DNA from: Mycolicibacterium smegmatis
GTDB taxonomy: Bacteria > Actinomycetota > Actinomycetes > Mycobacteriales > Mycobacteriaceae
DNA: 32,000 nucleotides
Direction of reading: 5' to 3'
NCBI RefSeq assembly: GCF_001457595.1
Contig: NZ_LN831039.1
Span: 5,460,001 to 5,492,000 of the forward strand
In this document: one piece after another, positions 24,880 through 32,000 of the stretch
Layout of the letters: each line of letters starts with the position of its first letter
Numbering within the stretch: position 1 is the first letter of the stretch
Program-made: the position numbers and the translations under genes
The notes under the pieces: model-generated
Told to the model about the DNA's origin: nothing
Seen by the model: only the letters and a program-made list of their open reading frames with translations
Database searches by the model: none

Positions 24880-26479
24880 CAGAGGAAATCTCCAGCACCG
24901 ACGTCTCGTTGATCGCGTCCACGGACAGCACGCGGTAGCCGTAGAAGTCGAACAGGGCCGTGAGCCGGTCTTCGTCGCCGTCGAGGATCACGCCGGGTCC
25001 CCATTCACGGTGCTCGACGGGTGTGCCCGGTGCGATCGCGGGCGTGCCCGAACTCGTCGGCCTCGAATCGTCGCGGCAGCGATCGCAATTGCCGCAGGGC
25101 CGCGGCAGGTGATCGCCGAAGTACGCCAGCAGGAACTGCCGCCGGCAGTCCGGGGTCTCGGCATAGGACCGCATCATCTCCACGCGGGTGCGGTCGACGC
25201 GTTCGGAGATCTCGGACATCTCGACGGCCTTGCGCACCGCCTCGTCGGGGCCCAGACCCGTCGTCGAGAAGCCCGCCCGCCCGGAGGTGACGGCGCCGGC
25301 GCGCTCCAACAGGTTCACCGCCGAGGTCACGCTCCGCCCACCTGAACCCAGGGCCGCACGAAGATCTTTCAGTCGCTTGGGCCCACCGCCGTCCAGCGCC
25401 GAGTACACCCGGGCCAAAAGCTCCGCGTCGGCGTTGTGCGTGGCGAAGAAGGTGCCAAGCGAGAGATCCTCCGCACGGTAGTGGAGCACGGCCGAAGCGG
25501 GTTCGTCGTCGCGGCCGGCGCGGCCGATCTGCTGGTAGTAGGTGTCTACGGACTCCGGGATCGAGGCATGCACGACGAAGCGGACATTCGGCTTGTCGAT
25601 GCCCATGCCGAACGCCGAGGTCGCGGCCACCACGTCAACCTCGTCGTCGTGGAAACGGCGTTGCACCTCCGCGCGCTCGCGCGCTCGCAACCCCGCGTGA
25701 TACCCGGCCGCCGACACGCCACGGCGGCGGAGTTCCTCGGCGTAGAACTCGACGTCCTTGCGGGTGGCGTAGTACAGCAGTCCCGGCGGTGCCATCTCGG
25801 CGACCGCGTCGAGGACGGCTTGACGCTTCTGCGCGTCGTCGGTGTGTGAGAACACTTCGAGCGCAATGTTGGGCCGGTCGAATCCGCTCGCGATGACGAC
25901 GGGCTTCCGCAGTCCGAGGATGTCGATGACCTCGCGCCGCACCACACCCGACGCCGTTGCGGTGAGCGCCGCCACGGGTGGCCTGCCGAGGCGGTCGATC
26001 GCATCGCGCACCCGTAGATAGGTGGGCCGGAAGTCATGCCCCCACGCCGACACGCAGTGCGCCTCGTCGACCACCACGAATGCCGGTTGTACCTCGGCGA
26101 GCCTGTCCATCACCTCGTCCCTGGCCAACTGCTCGGGTCCGAGGAAGATGTACCGCGCCTGCCCGCCCCGCACGGCGTCCCACGCCCGGTTGAGCTTCGC
26201 GGCGCTCTGCCGGGAGTTGATGGCCACGGCCTGCGGTGCGTCGGTGCGCTCCAGTTGCGCGATCTGGTCGAACTGCAACGCGATCAACGGCGAGATCACC
26301 AGCACTGGGCCGGACAGCAGCACCGCGGGCACCTGATAGATCGCCGACTTGCCGGAACCGGTGGGCATCACCGCCAACACGTCGCTGCCGTCGAGGATCG
26401 CCGACATCGCCTCGAGTTGCTCCGCGCGTAACGACCGCCACCCGAAGACCTCCGCGGCGACGTCCTCCAGGGACCTCAC
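24866..26479 (-). CDS. recQ: RecQ family ATP-dependent DNA helicase (short form with a Tudor-like C-terminus)
   Basis: MPTGSGKS, DEAHCVSAWGHDFRPTY, ATSAFGMGIDKPNVRFVVH, QQIGRAGRD and the Zn motif CRRQ...CGNCDRC. Start GTG 26479 overlaps the upstream stop (GTGA). The track start at 26578 lies inside the upstream gene. Confidence 0.9.
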   Translation of the reverse strand: MRSLEDVAAEVFGWRSLRAEQLEAMSAILDGSDVLAVMPTGSGKSAIYQVPAVLLSGPVLVISPLIALQFDQIAQLERTDAPQAVAINSRQSAAKLNRAWDAVRGGQARYIFLGPEQLARDEVMDRLAEVQPAFVVVDEAHCVSAWGHDFRPTYLRVRDAIDRLGRPPVAALTATASGVVRREVIDILGLRKPVVIASGFDRPNIALEVFSHTDDAQKRQAVLDAVAEMAPPGLLYYATRKDVEFYAEELRRRGVSAAGYHAGLRARERAEVQRRFHDDEVDVVAATSAFGMGIDKPNVRFVVHASIPESVDTYYQQIGRAGRDDEPASAVLHYRAEDLSLGTFFATHNADAELLARVYSALDGGGPKRLKDLRAALGSGGRSVTSAVNLLERAGAVTSGRAGFSTTGLGPDEAVRKAVEMSEISERVDRTRVEMMRSYAETPDCRRQFLLAYFGDHLPRPCGNCDRCRDDSRPTSSGTPAIAPGTPVEHREWGPGVILDGDEDRLTALFDFYGYRVLSVDAINETSVLEISSAEQT

Positions 26480-28068
26480 CTGGTGACCAACGACAACACG
26501 GCCTTGCTGAGTTTCCTTCGGGGCCAGCCCAGCACACCGTTGTTGGCCAACGCGGCCTTGGCCGCGTTGCGGCCGCACACCCCGTGCACACCACCACCGG
26601 GATGTGCGCCTGCGCTGCCCAGGAACACGTTGGCGACGGGCGTCTCGGCGGTCCCGAAGCCGGGTACGGGCCGGAAGATCAACTGTTGATACAGCTGTGA
26701 GGTACCGCCGTTGACGGCACCGGTGTGCAGGTTCGCATCGGCGCCCTCAAGGTCGGACGGCCGCTGGACCACGCGGCCGATCACGCGGTCGCCGAAACCG
26801 GGGGCATGCTCTTCGAGGACATGGTCGACGATCTCGGACAGTCTGTCGGCCGACGCATCATCGGCCATGCCTCGCGGTAGATGTGTGTAGGCCCAGGCAC
26901 TTTCGGTTCCGGCCGGTGAGCGGGTGGGATCAGCCGTGGTCATCTGCCCGAACAGCATGAACGGTTGTTGCGGCAGCGTCCTGGTGTTGAGGTCGGCCAT
27001 CCACCGCACGAGCCCGTCGTGGTCCGCGCCGACGTGCACGGTCCCGGCGTCGTTGAGGTTTTTCGAACGCCACGGCACGGGCGCGTCGAGCGCATAGTTG
27101 ATCTTCAGCACGGGTGTGTCCCACACGAATCGGTCGAAACTGCGTCGCACCGCCGCGGGCACGGCGTGTTCGGGTAGCAGGTCGCGGTACAGCCGCGGCG
27201 CCGACGTATCGGCGATGACGGCGCGGCGCACACGCACCGTCGTCCCGTCGGAAACCCGCACACCGACAGCGCGTCCGCCACGCACGTCGATGCCGTCGAC
27301 CCGCCGGTCACATTCGATGCGCGCACCGGCCGAGCGGGCCCGGTTCACCAGCGCTGCGGTCAACTGGCCGGCACCCCCGACCGGCACGGGCCAGCCACCG
27401 TCCTGCGCCATCATGATCAGCAGGTAGCCCATGACCGCGCTGCCCACGCCGTCGATCGGTACGTCGGCGTGCATCGCGTTGCCCAGCAACAACAATCGGG
27501 CAGCCTCGCCGTCGAACAGATGCTCGGCCATGATGCCCGCGGGCATCACGAGCTGTTGCGCCAGCCGCAGGGCCTCGGCGGTACCGAGCTTGCGCAGCAA
27601 TTGCATCAGGCCGGATACCGGCGGGAACGGGGTGAACAGCGACGAGATCAGCCCGTCCTTGATCTTCAGCCACTGTTCGAACAGATCGCACCAGCGCCGG
27701 CCGTCTCCGGCGTGATGACGGTCCAACTCGGCCGCGGTGCGGTCGATGTCGCGGTAGATCATCGGCGCGTCGTCGTCGGCCGCGGACCGGGGATGGCCCA
27801 CCACAGCGGGTGCATGTGTCCACCGCAGGCCGTGGTCTTCGAGGTTCAACGCCCGCAGCGCGGGCGAGGCGACCGACAACGGGTAGAACGCGCTGAACAG
27901 ATCACTCGTGTAACCGGGCACCAGTTCGGCGCTCTTGACCGCGCCGCCGGGTTCGGGTTGGGCCTCCAGAACCAGCACGTCCCAGCCGGCGTCGGCCAGC
28001 ATCGCGGCCGCGACCAGGCCGTTGTGGCCGGCGCCGATCACCACCGCATCTGCGCTGTCGCGGCTCAT
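26476..28068 (-). CDS. FAD/NAD(P)-dependent oxidoreductase, phytoene desaturase (CrtI)-like family
   Basis: Starts at ATG 28068 (MSRDSADAVVIGAGHNGLVAAAMLADAGWDVLVLE, a Rossmann GxGxxG). C-terminal FLGSAGAHPGGGVHG is typical of this family. Confidence 0.8.
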   Translation of the reverse strand: MSRDSADAVVIGAGHNGLVAAAMLADAGWDVLVLEAQPEPGGAVKSAELVPGYTSDLFSAFYPLSVASPALRALNLEDHGLRWTHAPAVVGHPRSAADDDAPMIYRDIDRTAAELDRHHAGDGRRWCDLFEQWLKIKDGLISSLFTPFPPVSGLMQLLRKLGTAEALRLAQQLVMPAGIMAEHLFDGEAARLLLLGNAMHADVPIDGVGSAVMGYLLIMMAQDGGWPVPVGGAGQLTAALVNRARSAGARIECDRRVDGIDVRGGRAVGVRVSDGTTVRVRRAVIADTSAPRLYRDLLPEHAVPAAVRRSFDRFVWDTPVLKINYALDAPVPWRSKNLNDAGTVHVGADHDGLVRWMADLNTRTLPQQPFMLFGQMTTADPTRSPAGTESAWAYTHLPRGMADDASADRLSEIVDHVLEEHAPGFGDRVIGRVVQRPSDLEGADANLHTGAVNGGTSQLYQQLIFRPVPGFGTAETPVANVFLGSAGAHPGGGVHGVCGRNAAKAALANNGVLGWPRRKLSKAVLSLVTR

Positions 28069-28544
28069 TCCGGCTCGGGCCGGCGCTCGGCGAGCGCCAC
28101 GAGTCGCGCCGTGCACTCCCGGTTCCTCGGGAACGCAGCAAGCAACGCGAGGCGGCGCGGCACCCAGTCGAGCGGCCCGCCGATCGGCACCTCGGCCATC
28201 TCGACACGGCACCCGCCGTCGGGAAGATCGTGCAGCCGCATGACGATTCGCGCCTTGCCGAACGGACGCCCCTTGGCATGCAGGATCAGTTCCTCACCGG
28301 GGGTGCATGATTCGACGACCGTCTCGTCGTTGACCACGACCGGCCACACCCCGATGGTGTGGTGGATGGTGGAGCCCGGTGCGGGCCAGTTGGGGTCGAC
28401 GGCACGCATGCGTGTATTGCCCACCACCCACTGCGAATACGTCCAGCCGTCGGCGATGACGTCCCAGACTTGTTGACGCGTGGCTGTCGTGTCCCGTTTG
28501 ACGGTCAGCGAGCTGTCCACCGCGGCCGGAGATGATTCCTCCAT
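28065..28544 (-). CDS. SRPBCC (START / polyketide cyclase-dehydrase-like) family protein
   Basis: 159 aa from ATG 28544 with AAGGAG upstream (RDTTATRQQVWDVIADGWTYSQWVVG...). The stop overlaps the next start (ATGA). The rest of track ORF 28065..29198 is antisense to the SDR gene. Confidence 0.6.
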   Translation of the reverse strand: MEESSPAAVDSSLTVKRDTTATRQQVWDVIADGWTYSQWVVGNTRMRAVDPNWPAPGSTIHHTIGVWPVVVNDETVVESCTPGEELILHAKGRPFGKARIVMRLHDLPDGGCRVEMAEVPIGGPLDWVPRRLALLAAFPRNRECTARLVALAERRPEPE

Positions 28545-28561
28545 AACCCCTTGCTCCTTCA

Positions 28562-29350
28562 CTAGTTCCCCCGCGCGGGGCTGGCTATGAAACGGTTGAT
28601 CCTTGCCTTCACCATGTCCGGCAAAACCGTGTTGATCAAGGCGAACGCCTTGCTGCTTACCGACGAGGCGACCACGCGGCGGCGGCCGTTCATCATGGCG
28701 TCGTAGCCCTGCTTGGCGACCTGCGCGGGATCGTCCTTGGGGATCCACCGCGCGAGCACCGTGTTCTCCATGCGGTTGCGCGCGAACAGGTTTGTATCGG
28801 TGGGCCCGGGCATGAGCGCAGTGACGGTGACGTCGGTGTCGCGCAGCTCGTCCTGCAGCGCCTCGGCGAGCGACTGGATGAACGACTTCGACGCGTTGTA
28901 GATCGACTGCAGCGAGCCGGGCATGGCGGCCACGATCGACGATGTGAACAGCACCTTGCCCGAGCCTTTGGCCGTCATGTCGCGCAGCACGCGCTTTGCC
29001 AGGTGCACGGTCGATCGGACATTCAGGTCGATGATCGACAGATCGGCGTCCAGGTCGCCCTCGACGAACGACCCGGCTCGCACCGAGCCGGCGTTGAGCA
29101 CCACGACGTCGGGCACCCGGCCGGACGACGAGCGGTACAGTCGCTCGACATCGGCGGGTTTGCGGAGGTCGACCTGCACGGCCTGGACGGTGGCGCACTC
29201 GGTGCCGAGCTTGTCGGCCGCGGGGTAGATGGCCTCGTCGTCGGCCGCCACGATCAGGTCGTATCCGTCGTCGGCAAGCAGCATCGCCAGCTCGAAACCG
29301 ATGCCGCTCGAGGCACCGGTCACCATGGCCAGCGGGCGTGTTTCAGACAT
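28562..29350 (-). CDS. SDR family oxidoreductase
   Basis: MVTGASSGIGFE, LNAGS and YNASKSF. Confidence 0.85.
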   Translation of the reverse strand: MSETRPLAMVTGASSGIGFELAMLLADDGYDLIVAADDEAIYPAADKLGTECATVQAVQVDLRKPADVERLYRSSSGRVPDVVVLNAGSVRAGSFVEGDLDADLSIIDLNVRSTVHLAKRVLRDMTAKGSGKVLFTSSIVAAMPGSLQSIYNASKSFIQSLAEALQDELRDTDVTVTALMPGPTDTNLFARNRMENTVLARWIPKDDPAQVAKQGYDAMMNGRRRVVASSVSSKAFALINTVLPDMVKARINRFIASPARGN

Positions 29351-29481
29351 GGGTGGTGGCTACCCGGACCCACAGGAGTCAAACGTCGCGACGCAGCCGC
29401 CTGCGCGGCGGAAGGTCACCGTTGGATGTTTTTTGCAGGGTTGCATCCACGTTGCACGTGACGCAGATTACGGTTTGCGGT

Positions 29482-31353
29482 ATGTCCGGTTACCGTGCCT
29501 TGTTCGAGTCCAGCATCACCGACCCGGCCACGTTCTGGGCCGACGCCGCCAAGGCGGTGACGTGGACCCGCGACCCGCAGCGCATCCTCGACGACAGCAA
29601 CCCGCCGTTCTACCGCTGGTTCCCCGACGCCGAATTGAACACGTGCGCCAACGCGCTCGACCGCCACGTCGCAGAACGCGGTGACCAGGCAGCTCTGATC
29701 TACGACTCGCCGGTCACGGGCACCAAGCGCACCTACACCTACCGCGAGCTGCGCGACGCCACAGCAAAGGTCGCCGGAGCGCTGCGCGGCCTCGGCGTCG
29801 AGAAGGGCGACCGCGTCGTCATCTACATGCCGATGGTGCCCGAGGCTGTCATGGCCATGCTGGCGTGCGCACGTCTGGGCGCCACGCACTCGGTCGTGTT
29901 CGGCGGGTTCGCCGCGCACGAACTGGCGGCGCGCATCGACGACGCCAAGCCCAAGGTCGTCGTCGCCGCCTCGTGCGGTATCGAACCGACGCGCATCGTC
30001 GAGTACAAGCCGATGCTGGACTCGGCGCTCCAGATCGCCGAGCACACCCCGCAGGCGTGCGTCATCCTGCAGCGCGATCAGAAACCCTGCGACCTGATCG
30101 AGGGGCGCGACGTCGACTGGCACGAACTGGTGGCCACGGCCGAACCGGCCGATCCGGTCCCGGTGGCCGCCACCGACCCGCTGTACGTGCTGTACACGTC
30201 CGGCACCACCGGCAAGCCCAAGGGCATCGTCCGCGACAACGGCGGACACGCGGTGGCGCTGCTGTGGTCGATGCGCAACATCTACGGCATCGAACCCGGC
30301 GACGTGTTCTGGACGGCGTCCGACGTGGGCTGGGTGGTCGGGCACTCCTACATCGTGTATGCGCCGCTGATGCTGGGCGCGACAACCGTTCTGTACGAAG
30401 GCAAACCGGTCGGCACACCCGACGCGGGCGCCTTCTGGCGCGTCATCTCCGAACACAAGGTGAAGGCGTTGTTCACCGCGCCGACCGCAGTGCGCGCGAT
30501 CAAGAAGGAAGACCCCGAAGGCGCGCGCATGCGCGACTACGACCTGTCGAGCCTGAAGTATCTGTTCCAGGCCGGCGAGCGCCTCGATCCGGACACCTAC
30601 CACTGGGCCGCCTGGAGACTCGGCAAGCCCGTCATCGACCACTGGTGGCAGACCGAGACAGGCTGGGCGATCGCGGCCAACCCGGCCGGCCTCGAACTCA
30701 TGCCGGTCAAGCCCGGTTCGGCGACCGTGCCGATGCCCGGTTACGACGTGCAGATTCTGCGGGCCGACGGCTCCGTCGCCGATCCGAACGAAGAAGGCGC
30801 GATCTGCATCAAGCTGCCGCTGCCGCCGGGCACGCTGCCCACCGTGTGGGGCGACGACCAGCGCTACATCTCCTCGTACCTGTCGGCGTTCGAGGGCTAT
30901 TACCTCACCGGTGACGGCGGCTACATCGACGAAGACGGCTACCTGTTCGTCATGGGCCGCACCGACGACGTCATCAACGTGGCCGGCCACCGCCTGTCGA
31001 CAGGGTCGATCGAGGCCGTGCTCGCCGAGCATCCCGCGGTCGCCGAGTGTGCCGTGATCGGTGTGGCCGACGAACTCAAGGGGCAGGTGCCGCGAGGGTT
31101 CGTGGTGCTCAAATCCGGTGCGTCCGCCGACAAGCTGGGTGACGAGCTGATCCAGAAGGTACGCGAGAGCATCGGCGCCGTTGCCGTTTTCAAGTCCGTC
31201 GACGTGGTGTCGGCGCTGCCGAAGACCCGCTCGGGCAAGATCCTGCGCAAGACCATGCGCGGTATCGCCGACGGCAAGGACGAGCCCGTGCCCTCGACGA
31301 TCGAGGACCCCTCGGTGCTCGACGACCTCAAGTCGGTGTTGCGCCGGGGCTGA
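29482..31353 (+). CDS. Acyl-CoA synthetase of the propionate/acetate-CoA ligase family (PrpE/Acs-like)
   Basis: Starts at ATG 29482 (MSGYRALFESSITDPATFWADAAK...). AMP-binding motifs YTSGTTGKPKG, YYLTGDGGYIDEDGY and PKTRSGKILR are present. No SD precedes the ATG. Confidence 0.85.
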   Translation: MSGYRALFESSITDPATFWADAAKAVTWTRDPQRILDDSNPPFYRWFPDAELNTCANALDRHVAERGDQAALIYDSPVTGTKRTYTYRELRDATAKVAGALRGLGVEKGDRVVIYMPMVPEAVMAMLACARLGATHSVVFGGFAAHELAARIDDAKPKVVVAASCGIEPTRIVEYKPMLDSALQIAEHTPQACVILQRDQKPCDLIEGRDVDWHELVATAEPADPVPVAATDPLYVLYTSGTTGKPKGIVRDNGGHAVALLWSMRNIYGIEPGDVFWTASDVGWVVGHSYIVYAPLMLGATTVLYEGKPVGTPDAGAFWRVISEHKVKALFTAPTAVRAIKKEDPEGARMRDYDLSSLKYLFQAGERLDPDTYHWAAWRLGKPVIDHWWQTETGWAIAANPAGLELMPVKPGSATVPMPGYDVQILRADGSVADPNEEGAICIKLPLPPGTLPTVWGDDQRYISSYLSAFEGYYLTGDGGYIDEDGYLFVMGRTDDVINVAGHRLSTGSIEAVLAEHPAVAECAVIGVADELKGQVPRGFVVLKSGASADKLGDELIQKVRESIGAVAVFKSVDVVSALPKTRSGKILRKTMRGIADGKDEPVPSTIEDPSVLDDLKSVLRRG

Positions 31354-32000
31354 TCCAGGCGCGGTTGCTCAGCAGGCGAAGGCCGTTGAGCGCCACCAAG
31401 ATCGTCGACCCTTCATGTCCGGCCACACCGAGCGGTAACGGCAAGTGGCCGAACAGGTCCCACAGGACCAGCGTGGTGATCGCGGCGCCGGCCATCACGA
31501 GGTTCGCGATGACGACGCGTCGGGCCCGCCGCGCCAGTGCGATCACCGCGGGGACGGTGGCGAGTTCGTCGCGGATGGTGACGACGTCGGCGGTCTGGAC
31601 CGTCAGGTCCGCACCCGCCCTGCCCATCGCGATCGAGGTGTGCGCGGCGGCCATCGCGGGTGCGTCGTTGACGCCGTCGCCCACCACGAGCACGTGCGTG
31701 TTGTCGCGCTGAAGTTTCTGCACCGCAGCAGCTTTGCCGTCGGGGAGGAGTTCGGCGTGCACGTCGGCGATGCCGGCCTCCTCCGCCAGTCGTCCGGCGG
31801 CGCGACGGTTGTCACCGGTCAGCAGCATGGGTGGGTGTTTGGTCAACTGCGCCAACTGCATCACGGCGGCAGGAGCGTCGGGCCGCAGCCGGTCGGCCAG
31901 GCCGATGACACCGACGGGTAGCCCGTCCTCGAGGACGACGACGGCGGTGCCACCGTCGTTCTCGATCGCGGCGCAGTGCTCGCGCACGGCCCCGTCCTTC
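31328..32000 (-). CDS. Heavy-metal-translocating P1B-type ATPase, C-terminal part (5' end beyond the window)
   Basis: MLLTGDNRRAA, VGDGVNDAPAMAAA, and two final TM helices. The frame is open to the window edge. The 3' end overlaps the convergent ligase gene by 26 nt. Confidence 0.85.
   Translation of the reverse strand, partial: KDGAVREHCAAIENDGGTAVVVLEDGLPVGVIGLADRLRPDAPAAVMQLAQLTKHPPMLLTGDNRRAAGRLAEEAGIADVHAELLPDGKAAAVQKLQRDNTHVLVVGDGVNDAPAMAAAHTSIAMGRAGADLTVQTADVVTIRDELATVPAVIALARRARRVVIANLVMAGAAITTLVLWDLFGHLPLPLGVAGHEGSTILVALNGLRLLSNRAWISPGATPT

Noticed and set aside
26480-26578. The upstream GTG start for recQ (570-aa version).
   Set aside because: The extra 33 codons overlap the 3' end of the oxidoreductase gene and encode Arg/Gly/Gln-rich sequence. 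GTG 26479 forms a GTGA overlap and gives a normal distance to the first helicase motif.

Overview
High-GC actinobacterial chromosome, probably a Mycobacterium or Mycolicibacterium relative (inferred from composition, PGRS-like Gly-rich repeats and gene content; no search was run). In order, the window contains: a partial KdpD-family sensor kinase paralogue that runs off the left edge and is missing from the ORF track; a co-directional GntR / glutamine-synthetase-like / nitrilase cluster; an F420-type nitroreductase-family gene; one tRNA; a roughly 2.4 kb secreted Gly-rich (PGRS-like) gene broken by two -1 frame changes; a divergent CstR-type (CsoR-family) sulfide/persulfide module with three palindromic operators; a TetR / OsmC-like pseudogene / Old-Yellow-Enzyme unit with the same 20-bp palindrome at two promoters; a decayed Orn/DAP-decarboxylase-fold relic; a fully translationally coupled kdp locus (micro-ORF, kdpF, A, B, C, D, E); a long hairpin terminator; recQ start/stop-coupled to an SDR / SRPBCC / FAD-oxidoreductase operon; a propionate/acetate-CoA-ligase-like gene; and a partial heavy-metal P-type ATPase. 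I recognised no CRISPR array, transposase, integrase or known defence system. The items most worth a second look are the inverted kdpD paralogue pair, the 74-nt tRNA with a UAA anticodon, the strongly SD-driven 27-codon ORF coupled to kdpF, three independently decayed genes between the tRNA and kdp, and the shared operator palindromes. All identities and similarities were judged by eye.
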